Positions 10,600 through 22,154 of a DNA stretch of 64,000 nucleotides are shown here, one piece after another. Made by a program: the position numbers and the translations under genes. This stretch comes from an uncultured Gemmatimonadaceae bacterium (GTDB lineage Bacteria; Gemmatimonadota; Gemmatimonadetes; Gemmatimonadales; Gemmatimonadaceae): positions 640,001 to 704,000 of the forward strand of contig CAWHHI010000016.1 of the NCBI GenBank assembly GCA_963829055.1, in the 5' to 3' direction. The notes under the pieces were generated by a model. That model was not told the origin of the DNA and searched no databases. It worked only from the letters and a program-made list of their open reading frames with translations. Positions within the stretch are counted from its first letter, which is position 1. Every line of letters begins with the position of its first letter.

Positions 10600-11874
10600 T
10601 CAGCGGATCGAGTCGACGCCGAGATACGGGCGCAGCACCTCGGGGACCGTGACGCTACCGTCAGGTTGCTGGTAGTGCTCGATGACGGACGCGATGATCC
10701 GCGGGAACGCGAGCCCGGACGCGTTCAGCGTGTGCACGAAGCGCGGCTTCTCGCCGGGCGCTGGGCGATAGCGGATGTTCGCGCGCCGCGCCTGAAAGTC
10801 GGTGAACGTGCTCGCCGACGACACCTCGAGCCATGTACCCACGCCGGGCGCGTATGTCTCGAGATCGTACGTCTTCGCGCTGGCGAACCCGGTGTCACCC
10901 GCGGCAAGCAGCTTTACGCGGTATGGCAATCCCAATCGCTCGAGCAACGTCGTCGCGTGGCGAGTCATCAGCTCGTGCTCCTGTGCCGACGACTCGGGCG
11001 TCGCATAGCGCACGAGCTCCACCTTATCGAACTCGTGCACGCGAAGCACACCACGCGTGTCCTTGCCGGCGGAACCGGCCTCGCGGCGGAAACATGGCGA
11101 GTAGGCGCAGAAGGCGCGCGGCAACTGCGCGCCCTCGATCATCTCGTCGCGATAGAGATTCGTGACGGGCACCTCGGCCGTCGGAATGAGGAACATGTCC
11201 TCATCCTTCAGCGCGTACATGTCATCCTCGAATTTCGGCAGCTGCGACGTACCGATCATGCTCGCGCGGTTCACGACGACCGGGACCCACACTTCCTCGT
11301 ATCCATGCTCGTCCGAATGGACGTCGAGGAACAGGTTCATGAGCGAGCGTACGAGACGTGCGCCGGCGCCTCGGTACACCACGAACCCGGAGCCGCTGAT
11401 CTTCGCACCGCGCGCGAGGTCGATGATGCCGAGCGCCTCGGCGATCTCCCAGTGTGGGCGAAGGCCGGGCTCCATCCGCGGCGTTCCCCACTCGCGCACG
11501 ATGACGTTGCACTCCTCGCCACCTGTCGGCACATCCGGAAGCGTGACGTTCGGGATCTCGAGCATGATGCGCTCGAGCTCCGACTCGTACGTCGCGAGCT
11601 CCGCCTCCAGACGGCTGATCTCTTCGCCCAGCGCTCGGCTCTGCGCAACGACGTCGTCGGCGTTCTCCTTCGCCTTCTTGCGACGCGCGACTTCCTGCGT
11701 CGCGGTGTTGCGTGCAGCCTTGCGCTCCTCGACCGCCTGGATGTTCAGGCGGCGGTCGCGGTCGAGCGCCTCGGCGCGATCGATGAGCGGACCGATCTGA
11801 TCGAGCTTGCCACGTCGTCGCATCCCGTCGCGAAGAACGTCGATCTGGTCACGCAGCGATTTCAGGTCGTGCAT
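10600..11874 (-). CDS. serS: Serine--tRNA ligase
   Basis: LIPTAEVP, CFRREAG, RVHEFDKVE, EVSSAS and HTLNASGLA motifs. Confidence 0.98.
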   Translation of the reverse strand: MHDLKSLRDQIDVLRDGMRRRGKLDQIGPLIDRAEALDRDRRLNIQAVEERKAARNTATQEVARRKKAKENADDVVAQSRALGEEISRLEAELATYESELERIMLEIPNVTLPDVPTGGEECNVIVREWGTPRMEPGLRPHWEIAEALGIIDLARGAKISGSGFVVYRGAGARLVRSLMNLFLDVHSDEHGYEEVWVPVVVNRASMIGTSQLPKFEDDMYALKDEDMFLIPTAEVPVTNLYRDEMIEGAQLPRAFCAYSPCFRREAGSAGKDTRGVLRVHEFDKVELVRYATPESSAQEHELMTRHATTLLERLGLPYRVKLLAAGDTGFASAKTYDLETYAPGVGTWLEVSSASTFTDFQARRANIRYRPAPGEKPRFVHTLNASGLAFPRIIASVIEHYQQPDGSVTVPEVLRPYLGVDSIR

Positions 11875-11883
11875 GGGGTGAGA

Positions 11884-12498
11884 TCAGTTCTTCGGAGTAA
11901 CGCCGGGCACGAGGGTCCGATACCCGCAATTCGGATCGTGCACGGCGCGGAAATACACCGCGCGTCGTGACGCGTCGATACTGTCGACAACGAACTTCGT
12001 GTAGAGGATCGTCGCAACGGAGAGCTGGCACTCGGCGGGGCTCTGCACCTGCATCACGAGTCCCTGCCCGGGCGTTACGACGAACGACGAGTCGAAGACG
12101 TAGTTGCCACTCGGCGCGAGCTCGAGTGCGTCGAACGGGATGGCGAACCGCTGCAGTCCCACCGGCTTGGCACCTGACGCACCGCCGCAGTTCAGCGCCG
12201 CGGCGACGCAGGGAATACCAACCAGTTTCTGCGGATAGACGACGACCCTCCGCGCGGCGTCGATATCGAACGCGACATCGAAGTTGAAGTTGCCGTCGGC
12301 ACGCGTGACGGCGCCCGACGACGCGAGGTACCCCGATGGGAAAGACGGGGACGTGCCGGTCAACGCGTATGCCGTCAGGGTGTCAGCAACTACAAGGCTG
12401 GGGGTGGCGCGCGCCTGGTTGGGGTCGCTACACGCGGAGATGCTGAATGCGAGCGCCGACGCCAGAGCTACGGACGAAACGAGCAGTCGAGACTTCAT
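11884..12498 (-). CDS. Hypothetical lipoprotein
   Basis: Signal peptide with ISAC lipobox; beta-rich body with several Cys. Confidence 0.7.
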   Translation of the reverse strand: MKSRLLVSSVALASALAFSISACSDPNQARATPSLVVADTLTAYALTGTSPSFPSGYLASSGAVTRADGNFNFDVAFDIDAARRVVVYPQKLVGIPCVAAALNCGGASGAKPVGLQRFAIPFDALELAPSGNYVFDSSFVVTPGQGLVMQVQSPAECQLSVATILYTKFVVDSIDASRRAVYFRAVHDPNCGYRTLVPGVTPKN

Positions 12499-12577
12499 GT
12501 CATTGCTGAGTGGAGCGAGCGAGCAGAAGGAGTCGAAGCATACCGCCTAACACAAGAGACTTCAAGCGATTGCTCGC

Positions 12578-12605
12578 TTGACAAGCCCCTCGGCCCGGTT
12601 ATGCT
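12578..12605 (+). promoter_or_regulatory. Putative sigma70 promoter
   Basis: TTGACA, 16-nt spacer, TATGCT upstream of the roadblock gene. Confidence 0.5.
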
Positions 12606-12633
12606 TCGCACGACTTTGTCCATGGGAGGCCGC

Positions 12634-12987
12634 ATGCCGACGATCCGCGAATTGGTCGCCGCCATCCGGCATCGCGACGGTGTGGAAGCCGCGATCGTGC
12701 TCGGCCGTGACGGGCTTCTTATCGACGGCCAGGCCGTCCCGAACCTCGACGCGGAAGGACTGGCGGCGCACGTCCCGTCGATCGTCACAGCCGCGGACGA
12801 GTTCGGCGCTGCAAGCCAGCGGGGGCAGCTGCTCACCGGCGTCTTCGAGTACCCTCAGGGACTCGTTGTCGCTTCCGTCCTCTCCTCGGAGGCCATCCTG
12901 CTCGTCCTGGTGCAGCCGCAGGCAAACGTGGGGCAGCTCCTGTTCGAGCTCCGCCGGAACCGCGAGCACATGGCAGCACTCGTCTAG
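12634..12987 (+). CDS. Roadblock/LC7 (MglB-like) domain protein
   Basis: GGAGG RBS; GVEAAIVLGRDGLLID and ANVGQLLFEL pattern; 117 aa. Confidence 0.85.
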   Translation: MPTIRELVAAIRHRDGVEAAIVLGRDGLLIDGQAVPNLDAEGLAAHVPSIVTAADEFGAASQRGQLLTGVFEYPQGLVVASVLSSEAILLVLVQPQANVGQLLFELRRNREHMAALV

Positions 12988-12998
12988 GAGCGCACGCC

Positions 12999-13404
12999 AT
13001 GCAACAGCGCCATGTCCTCGTCGCCGACGATGAGCCGCACATCGGGCGCATCATCAAGATGAAACTCGAGCAGGGCCCGTTTCGCGTCACGCTCGCGTAT
13101 GACGGACAGGAGGCGGTCGATATCCTCGAGAGTCAGTCGGACATCGATCTCGTGCTGCTCGACCTGATGATGCCGCAACCTCAGCGGCCTCGATGTGCTC
13201 GCCCGCATCCGGGGGTCGGATCGGCTGAAGCATCTGCCCTGCATCATCCTCACGGCGGCTGGCCAGGAAACGCAGCATCAGAAGGCAATGGAGCTTGGCG
13301 CGACGGAATTCCTCACGAAGCCGTTCAGCCCCAAGAAGCTCTACGCGCGCACCGCGGAGCTCGCGGGACTGACGCAGGACGACCACGGCCCGGCAACGGC
13401 ATGA
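12999..13404 (+). CDS. Single-domain response regulator, one +1 frameshift near 13176
   Basis: VLVADDE and LLDLMMP in one frame, SGLDVL...ILTA...FLTKPFSP in the next; removing one C restores MPNLSGLDVL. Confidence 0.88.
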
Positions 13405-14435
13405 GTCGCTGGGTCGTGGTGCTGGCCGGCGGCGTCGGCTCGCGCTTCTGGCCGCTCAGCACTCCGACCCGTCCGAAGCAGCTGCTGCCGCTCGTCGACG
13501 ACAGGCCGTTGCTCGTCGCGACACTCGATCGCCTCGCGCCGCTCGCGCCGCCGTCGCGGACACTCGTGCTCACGAACGCGTCGCTCCGCGATGCGGTCCG
13601 ACGGCATGCACCGAACATCCCGGACGAGAACGTCATCGCCGAGCCGCGCGCGGTTGGAACCGGCGGCGCGCTCGCGTGGGCAGCGAGCGAGATCGAACAT
13701 CGTGATGGCCCTGCGGCCGTGATGATCTCCGTGCACGCCGACTGGGCCATCGGTGACGACGCCGGCTTTCGAGCGGCGCTCGACGCGGCGGCGGGCATCG
13801 CGGAGCGGGAGCATGCGCTCGTGACCGTGGGCGTCGTGCCGAGTAGACCCGACACCGGATTCGGATACATCCGGCCCGGTGCAGCGATTGGCGATGGAGC
13901 GCACCGCGTGGATCGCTTCGTCGAAAAACCCGATCGGGCCAGCGCCGAGCGGATGATCGAAGAAGGCGCGCTGTGGAACTCGGGCATCTTCGCGTGGCGC
14001 GTCGGAGATTTCCTCGGCGAAATTCGAACGCTGACTCCGGAGCTCGCGCCAGCGCTGATGTCAGCGAATGGCGATGCGGATCGATTCTTCGCAACCGCGA
14101 CACCGGTCACGGTGGACGTCGGCGTGCTCGAGCGAAGCGCGAAGGTCGTCGTCATGCCCGGTTCGTTCGAATGGGACGACGTCGGTACCTGGGCATCGCT
14201 CGCACGAGTGCGCCGACAGGACGCGCGCGGTAATGCGGCGAACGGCCCCGTCGTGCTCGTGGACTCGGACAACAACGTCGTGCACGCCGAAGGAACCGAC
14301 GTGGTCCTCTATGGCGTTCGCGATCTCGTGGTGGTCGTGCGGGACGGCCTCACGCTCGTGACCACGAAGGACGCGTCCGTCGATCTCAAAACGCTGATCG
14401 CGAATCTTCCCCCGAGCGTCCGTGACCGCGAATGA
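13401..14435 (+). CDS. manC: Mannose-1-phosphate guanylyltransferase
   Basis: LAGGVGSRFWPLS, PKQLL, FVEKPD, WNSGIF and WDDVGTW motifs; ATGA overlap with the regulator. Confidence 0.9.
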   Translation: MSRWVVVLAGGVGSRFWPLSTPTRPKQLLPLVDDRPLLVATLDRLAPLAPPSRTLVLTNASLRDAVRRHAPNIPDENVIAEPRAVGTGGALAWAASEIEHRDGPAAVMISVHADWAIGDDAGFRAALDAAAGIAEREHALVTVGVVPSRPDTGFGYIRPGAAIGDGAHRVDRFVEKPDRASAERMIEEGALWNSGIFAWRVGDFLGEIRTLTPELAPALMSANGDADRFFATATPVTVDVGVLERSAKVVVMPGSFEWDDVGTWASLARVRRQDARGNAANGPVVLVDSDNNVVHAEGTDVVLYGVRDLVVVVRDGLTLVTTKDASVDLKTLIANLPPSVRDRE

Positions 14436-15640
14436 ACACGCTGGTCCTGTATGACGATCAGGTGGCGCGCGCGTTCGAGCCGTTCGCGCTCACGCGCCCG
14501 GCCTCGGAGCTGCGCGCGGCGACGGAGATCGTTAGGCGACGGTGGGAGATCGCGTTGCGGGCCGAGGCGAGCGGGTTCATCGGCGCCGGTCATCTGGCGG
14601 ACTTCGAGGAGCTCGATGCGCCGTCGATGATCGCCGGCGACATTCCCGCAGGGACCATCATCGCGCAGTCCCGCTGTGCGGTTGCACTCGGCGAGGCGGA
14701 CCCGGCGGCCGCTGTGTGGATGTGTCGTGGGCGCGTCGCGGCCGTACGGCTCACGCGAGCCGTCTCGTTCGGGCAACTGCGGGAGGGCCTAACGACGCTC
14801 GAGTCGCTCGTACCACCCCATGCGACCGCGAGCGACATCCATGGTTGGTGGATCGACGAGGTGTGGGATGTCATCCGGCATCTAGCCGAGATGCTCGCGT
14901 CCGACATCACGCAGCGGGTCGAGTCGCTGGATACGGTCAGCGCCGCGGAGTCGGGCGGTGCGGTCATCGGGGCATACCCCGCGCGCGTGGAGCGCGGCGC
15001 GTCGATCGAGCCGTACGTCGTCTTCGACGCGACGGCCGGACCGGTGCTCGTGCGTCGGGGCGCTACGATCTCGCCGTTCTCGCGGCTCGTCGGACCGTGC
15101 TACGTGGGAGAAGACAGCATGGTCGCCGGCGGTCGCGTTGGGAACAGCGCGATCGGCGAGCAGTGCCGCGTCCATGGGGAGGTCAGCACGACGATCTTCC
15201 TCGGTCACGCGAACAAGTCGCACGACGGATTTGTCGGCCACTCGTACCTCGGACGGTGGGTCAACCTCGGCGCGAGCACGGTGACGAGCAATCTGAAAAA
15301 CACGTACGGGTCCGTGGGATTGTGGACCCCACGCGGCATACGCGACACAGGCATGCAGTTCCTCGGGACGCTTTTCGGCGATCACGCGAAGACCGCGATC
15401 GGGACGCGTCTCACGACCGGAGGCGTGATCGGTGCTGGCGCGAACGTCTTCGCTACCGGAATGACATCGAAGGTCGTCGCGCCGTTCTCGTGGGGCGGCA
15501 GCGCCGATGCACCGGCGTGGGACGTGGATAGATTTATCCGGGTCGCCGAACGCGTGATGACCCGGCGACACGTCACGCTCAGTGAGCGTGCGCGTCGGTG
15601 GCTGGCCGCGGCGCATGCCGCACGATGGCAGGTGGAATGA
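14432..15640 (+). CDS. Putative sugar nucleotidyltransferase with hexapeptide repeats (GlmU-like)
   Basis: PFALTRP N-terminus; NKSHDGFVGHSYLGRWVNLGA...SNLKNTYG left-handed beta-helix region. Confidence 0.8.
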   Translation: MNTLVLYDDQVARAFEPFALTRPASELRAATEIVRRRWEIALRAEASGFIGAGHLADFEELDAPSMIAGDIPAGTIIAQSRCAVALGEADPAAAVWMCRGRVAAVRLTRAVSFGQLREGLTTLESLVPPHATASDIHGWWIDEVWDVIRHLAEMLASDITQRVESLDTVSAAESGGAVIGAYPARVERGASIEPYVVFDATAGPVLVRRGATISPFSRLVGPCYVGEDSMVAGGRVGNSAIGEQCRVHGEVSTTIFLGHANKSHDGFVGHSYLGRWVNLGASTVTSNLKNTYGSVGLWTPRGIRDTGMQFLGTLFGDHAKTAIGTRLTTGGVIGAGANVFATGMTSKVVAPFSWGGSADAPAWDVDRFIRVAERVMTRRHVTLSERARRWLAAAHAARWQVE

Positions 15641-16449
15641 AGGTTTGGGTGTTGGGGTCTGGAAGTCGCGGCAACGCGACCGTGATCGACAATGGCAGTA
15701 CTCGCGTGCTCGTGGACGCGGGCTTCTCCGCGCGCGAGCTGAAACGTCGTTTCGCGGCAGCGGACATCGCGCCGGAGTCCATCGAAGCGCTGATCGTCAC
15801 GCATGAGCACGGCGATCACGTGTGCGGAGCAGTCCGCGCGGCGCGCCGCTGGAAGTGGACTGTCCACGCCACGGCGGGCACTGTGGCGGGCGCGCCGGAT
15901 CTCAACACCGCTGACGTTCGCACGTTCGAAGCGGGTGCGACGCTCACGTTCGGATCGATGACGGTGCTCACCGTGCCGACGTCGCACGACGCGACGGATC
16001 CGGTTGCGGTCGTGGCGACGGACACGTCGACGGGCGCGCGGGCCGCGGTTGTCATGGACCTGGGGCGCGAGTCGCCGCATCTCCGGAACGTGCTACGCGA
16101 CGTCGAGGTGCTGGTGCTCGAGTCGAATCACGACGAAGCGATGCTCGCGCACGGGCCCTACCCCATCTCCGTGCAGCGACGCATTGCCGGAGTCACCGGG
16201 CATCTCAGCAATCGCGAGGCGGGCGCGATCGCGCGCGCGTGCGCTCACTCGGGGCTGCAGCATCTCGTGCTGGCGCACCTGAGCGAGCAGTGCAACACGC
16301 CGGATCACGCGCTGGCGACGGCGTCGGCGGCGCTCGCGCGCTCTCGCTTCCGCGGCCATGTGACGGCGGCGGCGCAGGATTCGGTGCGCGGCGCGTTCGT
16401 CGCGTCGCGTCCGGGCGGCCGCGCGGTGCAGCTCGCGTTAGGCTTCTAG
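15637..16449 (+). CDS. MBL-fold metallo-hydrolase (YycJ/WalJ-like)
   Basis: [29 protein letters not shown] and LAHLS motifs. Confidence 0.9.
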   Translation: MKVWVLGSGSRGNATVIDNGSTRVLVDAGFSARELKRRFAAADIAPESIEALIVTHEHGDHVCGAVRAARRWKWTVHATAGTVAGAPDLNTADVRTFEAGATLTFGSMTVLTVPTSHDATDPVAVVATDTSTGARAAVVMDLGRESPHLRNVLRDVEVLVLESNHDEAMLAHGPYPISVQRRIAGVTGHLSNREAGAIARACAHSGLQHLVLAHLSEQCNTPDHALATASAALARSRFRGHVTAAAQDSVRGAFVASRPGGRAVQLALGF

Positions 16450-16454
16450 CGAGC

Positions 16455-16560
16455 TGTCGTCCCGAGGAGCGAAGCGACGAGGGACCTTCTGTGATGGCAT
16501 CGTAGTGCGTCCAGCCACGATAACGTTCGAGAAGATCCCTCGCTGTCGCTCGGGATGACA
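16455..16560. repeat. REP-like composite inverted repeat
   Basis: TGTCGTCCCGAG...CGAGGGACCTTCT (16455-16490) pairs with AGAAGATCCCTCGCTGTCGCTCGGGATGACA (16530-16560). Confidence 0.75.
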
Positions 16561-16562
16561 AC

Positions 16563-16597
16563 ACAACGGGGGCTCCGCGATGCGGAGCCCCCGTTGT
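16563..16597. terminator. Hairpin terminator downstream of groEL
   Basis: 16-bp perfect stem ACAACGGGGGCTCCGC / GCGGAGCCCCCGTTGT with a 3-nt loop. Confidence 0.75.
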
Positions 16598-16617
16598 CCT
16601 ACAGTGGAGTGCTGAGC

Positions 16618-18282
<1,665 letters not shown>

Positions 18283-18311
18283 TTAGGTGGAGAGGCCCTG
18301 CGGGCAGACGG

Positions 18312-18620
<309 letters not shown>

Positions 18621-18668
18621 AGGGTGCACCCCTCGTGCGTGGGTTGAGTAGGAGAGTGTGGGCATCAA

Positions 18669-18695
18669 CTAGCACTCACTCCAGCCGAGTGCTAA
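18669..18695. promoter_or_regulatory. CIRCE element (HrcA operator)
   Basis: CTAGCACTC-N9-GAGTGCTAA, one mismatch from TTAGCACTC-N9-GAGTGCTAA, directly upstream of groES. Confidence 0.93.
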
Positions 18696-18703
18696 CGGGG
18701 CCT

Positions 18704-18733
18704 AAGTTAAAGGGTCCACACCCACGGCGTCAA
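18704..18733 (-). promoter_or_regulatory. Putative sigma70 promoter of groESL
   Basis: TTGACG, 18-nt spacer, TAACTT on the minus strand just upstream of CIRCE. Confidence 0.55.
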
Positions 18734-18794
18734 GTCCTTCGGCCCGCGACCGGTGCCGTGTACCAAACTGTTGCAGTGTATGGCTTTATATCGC

Positions 18795-19754
18795 CTACAC
18801 AGCGAACGCGAGAACCACCGCAATGTCGGTAACAGCCCACGCCGCCAGCGCTCGGTACATCCCGCGCTTGTGCTGATCGGACGTCATCCGGCGGTACGAG
18901 ACGAGCCAGCCGCCGAGTACCACGACCCACATCGCGGCGGCGACGGAGAGCGCGATCCGTGACAGCTGTGTCGGACCAGCCAGGAAGAGGCCATGCCAGA
19001 ACGCGAGGAACGCGGCCACGGCAGCGCCAGCGGCAATCGACAGACTCGCGCCGACACCCAGCATCCTCGCCAACGTGCGGTCGCCGCGCGCGCTGTCCTC
19101 GTCGAACTGATAGATCTGCGTAAGCGGGTAGAGAGAGCCGAACAGGAAGCCGAAGCCGATCATCAGCCACGTGCCCTCTGGCCGGAGGGGGGCACCCGAT
19201 GCGGCCCACCCCGCGAATGGAGTGAGCACACCCACACCAATGATGTTGATCGTCCAGTCGGCACCGGCGACGGCCTTCAACCGGACCGGCGGTACGCTGT
19301 ACGCTACCGACATGGCGAAGCAAATCGCGTAGGCCACCGCGAAGCCCGCGGGGAGCGCGAGGGCGATCAGTTGGCCAACCGCCATCAACGCGATACTCAC
19401 GGCCGCGAGATGCCTGGGTGGTGGAGGCGGCGCATCGAGATAGCCGATGTCGCCGTCATCGTGATCGAACGCGCTGTTGAGCGCGAGCGTGCCGGCATTG
19501 AGGCAGCCGACCCACGACAGGAGCGCCGTCAGGTACGCGCCCCGGCGGTCACCGTGGAGGAACGCTCTCAGCCCCACCGCCACGATGAAGCCAATCGACG
19601 TGTGCGCGATCATGATCGGCCACTCCCGCGGTCGCAGATGCAGGATGTAGCTGAACGCGTCGCCGGGAAGCAGCGCGTACCCCACGCGCCGCGCGATGCC
19701 GTGCGTTCGCCAGCGCGGAGCCGGTTGCTCTGACGGGCGCGACGCGCTGCTCAC
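18795..19754 (-). CDS. UbiA-family prenyltransferase
   Basis: Multi-TM; NSAFDHDDGD, YSVPPVRLK and QIYQFDEDSARGDRT motifs; GTG start overlaps the coaX stop. Confidence 0.8.
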   Translation of the reverse strand: MSSASRPSEQPAPRWRTHGIARRVGYALLPGDAFSYILHLRPREWPIMIAHTSIGFIVAVGLRAFLHGDRRGAYLTALLSWVGCLNAGTLALNSAFDHDDGDIGYLDAPPPPPRHLAAVSIALMAVGQLIALALPAGFAVAYAICFAMSVAYSVPPVRLKAVAGADWTINIIGVGVLTPFAGWAASGAPLRPEGTWLMIGFGFLFGSLYPLTQIYQFDEDSARGDRTLARMLGVGASLSIAAGAAVAAFLAFWHGLFLAGPTQLSRIALSVAAAMWVVVLGGWLVSYRRMTSDQHKRGMYRALAAWAVTDIAVVLAFAV

Positions 19755-20530
19755 GTGCCGGCGGCCACCAGCTCGTGCGCGATGCGCAGGCCGTTCAGCG
19801 TCAGGTAGGGTTCGACGAGGTCGAACTCCTTGCAGAACGGCTGAAAGACCGACGCCAGTCCGCCGGTGGCGACCACCAGCGGCACGGCACCCCCTGGCCA
19901 CTCGGCCTTGATACGCCTAACGATCCCGTCGATCGCCTCGGCGCTGCCGAATACGACACCGGACCGGATGCATTCCTCGGTGCGCCGGCCAATGACGCGC
20001 GCGGGCGGTTCGATTTCCGTCGCGGGGAGCTTCGACGTGCGGCGAAAGAGCGTCTCGGCCGACGTGCGCACGCCGGGGGCGATCACGCCGCCGATGAACA
20101 CGCCGTCCGCCGTGATGCAGTCGTATGTCGTGGCGGTGCCGAGGTCCACGACGATCGTATCGCGGCGATAGAGGCGGCTGGCCGCGAGCGTGTTGATGAT
20201 CCGGTCAGCGCCGACGGTGAGCGGCTCCTCGACATCCAGGCGGATTGGCAGCGGTGACCGCGCGTCGATGATCAACGGCTTCGCGCCGACTGCATGTTCG
20301 CAGGCCTCGGCGAGCGGCGCCGTGAATGCCGGCACCACCGACCCGATGGCCGCCCGATCGATCGCCGATCGATCGATGTTGTCCGCCGCCAGGAGCGCGC
20401 GAATGAGCAGCGAGATCTCGTCCGGCGTGCGTGCCACGTCGGTGGTGACGCGCCAGTGTCCGCAGAGCTTCTCCCCGTCGTAGAGACCGACCGTCGTTTC
20501 GGTGTTTCCGACATCGAACACGAGGATCAT
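19751..20530 (-). CDS. coaX: Type III pantothenate kinase
   Basis: FDVGNTET, VGADR, VDLGTATT, GGVIAPG and VATGG motifs. Confidence 0.95.
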   Translation of the reverse strand: MILVFDVGNTETTVGLYDGEKLCGHWRVTTDVARTPDEISLLIRALLAADNIDRSAIDRAAIGSVVPAFTAPLAEACEHAVGAKPLIIDARSPLPIRLDVEEPLTVGADRIINTLAASRLYRRDTIVVDLGTATTYDCITADGVFIGGVIAPGVRTSAETLFRRTSKLPATEIEPPARVIGRRTEECIRSGVVFGSAEAIDGIVRRIKAEWPGGAVPLVVATGGLASVFQPFCKEFDLVEPYLTLNGLRIAHELVAAGT

Positions 20531-21279
20531 GCGATCGCTCCCGCGAGAGTGAGTGAACCATCGCGAAATGCTCGCAGCCCCGTCGACGTGTCCACGAGCA
20601 GTTCGCCTGACGACGTAATGCCGCGCACTTCGCCTGGTACCGGATCGATGCACACGCGCCCCGCGGCGAAATCGCGGGTCGCGAATTGTTCGAGCTCGCT
20701 GGCGGTGAGCGGGCCGCGGGCTGCCGCGGCTGCGCGCACGGCCGGAACGAGCTCCGCGAGCACATCGACGCGCTGAACGCCCGGCCGCAAGCCGGCTGCA
20801 TTCGCCACGCCGGCAGGTTGGCGCACGTTGACCCCGATGCCGATGGCAACCCAGTCGATGCGACCGGACCTCCAGCGCGCCTCGACGAGAATACCAGCAA
20901 CCTTGCCTTCACCGACGAAAATGTCGTTCGGCCACTTGAGTCGTATCGGCGACGCAGCGTAGCGGTCGAGCGCGCGCGCGGCACGCAGGCCGAGGCGGAG
21001 CGACAGCACGTCGACGGCACTCGGGTCGTTAGGCCGCTCGATGACCGTCATCCAGATGCCCTGCCCTGCCTCCGATGCCCACCGTCTGCCGTTGCGTCCG
21101 CGCCCCGACGTCTGACGGTCCGTGAGCACGACGGTACCAGCCGCGGCATCGAGCGTCGCCAGGCTGTGCGCGTCATCCATCGTCGACGCCGTCGAGTCGA
21201 AAACAACAACACGTGGAACGTCGAGGAGCCGCGCGAGTGTCGCGGCGTCGCGCCCGTCGTAACTCGCGATCTCAACCAC
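20527..21279 (-). CDS. birA: Biotin--[acetyl-CoA-carboxylase] ligase (no HTH)
   Basis: STMD, QTSGRGRNGRRW, LKWPND and KVAGILVE motifs. Confidence 0.94.
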   Translation of the reverse strand: MVEIASYDGRDAATLARLLDVPRVVVFDSTASTMDDAHSLATLDAAAGTVVLTDRQTSGRGRNGRRWASEAGQGIWMTVIERPNDPSAVDVLSLRLGLRAARALDRYAASPIRLKWPNDIFVGEGKVAGILVEARWRSGRIDWVAIGIGVNVRQPAGVANAAGLRPGVQRVDVLAELVPAVRAAAAARGPLTASELEQFATRDFAAGRVCIDPVPGEVRGITSSGELLVDTSTGLRAFRDGSLTLAGAIA

Positions 21280-22072
21280 GCGTGGCGACGAGCGCGAGAA
21301 CGAAACCGCCCAGCAGGATGCGGTAGAGCGCGAAGACGCCGAAGCTGTGGCGGCTCACGTAACGCAGCAGCACGGCGATCGCCAACCAGCCACTCAACGC
21401 GGACGTTACGATGCCGAGGATCAGCGGCGTTAGGTCGTCGGCCGTGAACAACGTGGGCGCCTTGAGGACCGCGGCTGCCGCCGTGATGGGCATGCTCATG
21501 AGAAAGCTGAACATCGCGGCGCTCTGCCGGTCGAACTTGAGCGCGCGGCCGGCGGTCATCGTCGATCCTGAACGCGACACGCCGGGCACGAGCGCGAACA
21601 CCTGCGCGAGCCCGATCAACACCGCGTCACGCACCCGCATCTTGCCGAGCGGACGGTCCTGGGGCGCGAAGCGATCCGCCGCCCAGAGCACCACGCCCAT
21701 GACGATGAGGGTGACGGCGATGAGCGAGGGCGAGCGAAACGTGCTCTCCGCATAGTCCTCGAGCAGCAGACCGCCGATCGCCGCTGGAATCGTCGCGATG
21801 ACGATGTGCAGGAAGCGCTGCTTCTCCTCGGTGTCGGCCTTGCGCGTTCGAAGCAGCGCAAACGCGGACTGCGTCAGCTTCACCCACTCGGCGCGAAAGT
21901 ACCACAGCACGGCGACGAGTGTTCCGACGTGAAGTGCGACGTCGAACGCGAGTCCGGGGTCGGACCAGCCAAAGATCCACGGCGTGAGCACGAGATGCGC
22001 GGAGCTGCTGATGGGCAAGAACTCGGCGAGTCCCTGGACGAGTCCAAGGATCACTGCCTGAAGCACGGTCAT
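21272..22072 (-). CDS. uppP: Undecaprenyl-diphosphatase
   Basis: QGLAEFLPISSSAH, LHVGT, PGVSRSG and FSFLMS motifs. Confidence 0.96.
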   Translation of the reverse strand: MTVLQAVILGLVQGLAEFLPISSSAHLVLTPWIFGWSDPGLAFDVALHVGTLVAVLWYFRAEWVKLTQSAFALLRTRKADTEEKQRFLHIVIATIPAAIGGLLLEDYAESTFRSPSLIAVTLIVMGVVLWAADRFAPQDRPLGKMRVRDAVLIGLAQVFALVPGVSRSGSTMTAGRALKFDRQSAAMFSFLMSMPITAAAAVLKAPTLFTADDLTPLILGIVTSALSGWLAIAVLLRYVSRHSFGVFALYRILLGGFVLALVATRG

Positions 22073-22110
22073 TGCGGACGCGTTGAGGAAAGCTATGAGA
22101 GAGGGACAGC

Positions 22111-22136
22111 GATCCTTCGCTGCCGCTCAGGGTGAC
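22111..22136. repeat. Solo copy of the REP-like arm
   Basis: GATCCTTCGCTGCCGCTCAGGGTGAC resembles GATCCCTCGCTGTCGCTCGGGATGAC at 16534-16559; intergenic. Confidence 0.65.
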
Positions 22137-22154
22137 CGCCGCGGACCCCGGCGG

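Noticed and set aside
10195..11970. Long antisense ORFs (also 16634-18274, 1866-3383, 31779-33071)
   Set aside because: Shadow ORFs opposite well-supported genes, expected in GC-rich DNA with few stop codons.
12999..14435. 478-aa response regulator-ManC fusion in the ORF track
   Set aside because: Artefact of the extra base near 13176; the regulator has its own stop at 13404 overlapping the manC ATG.
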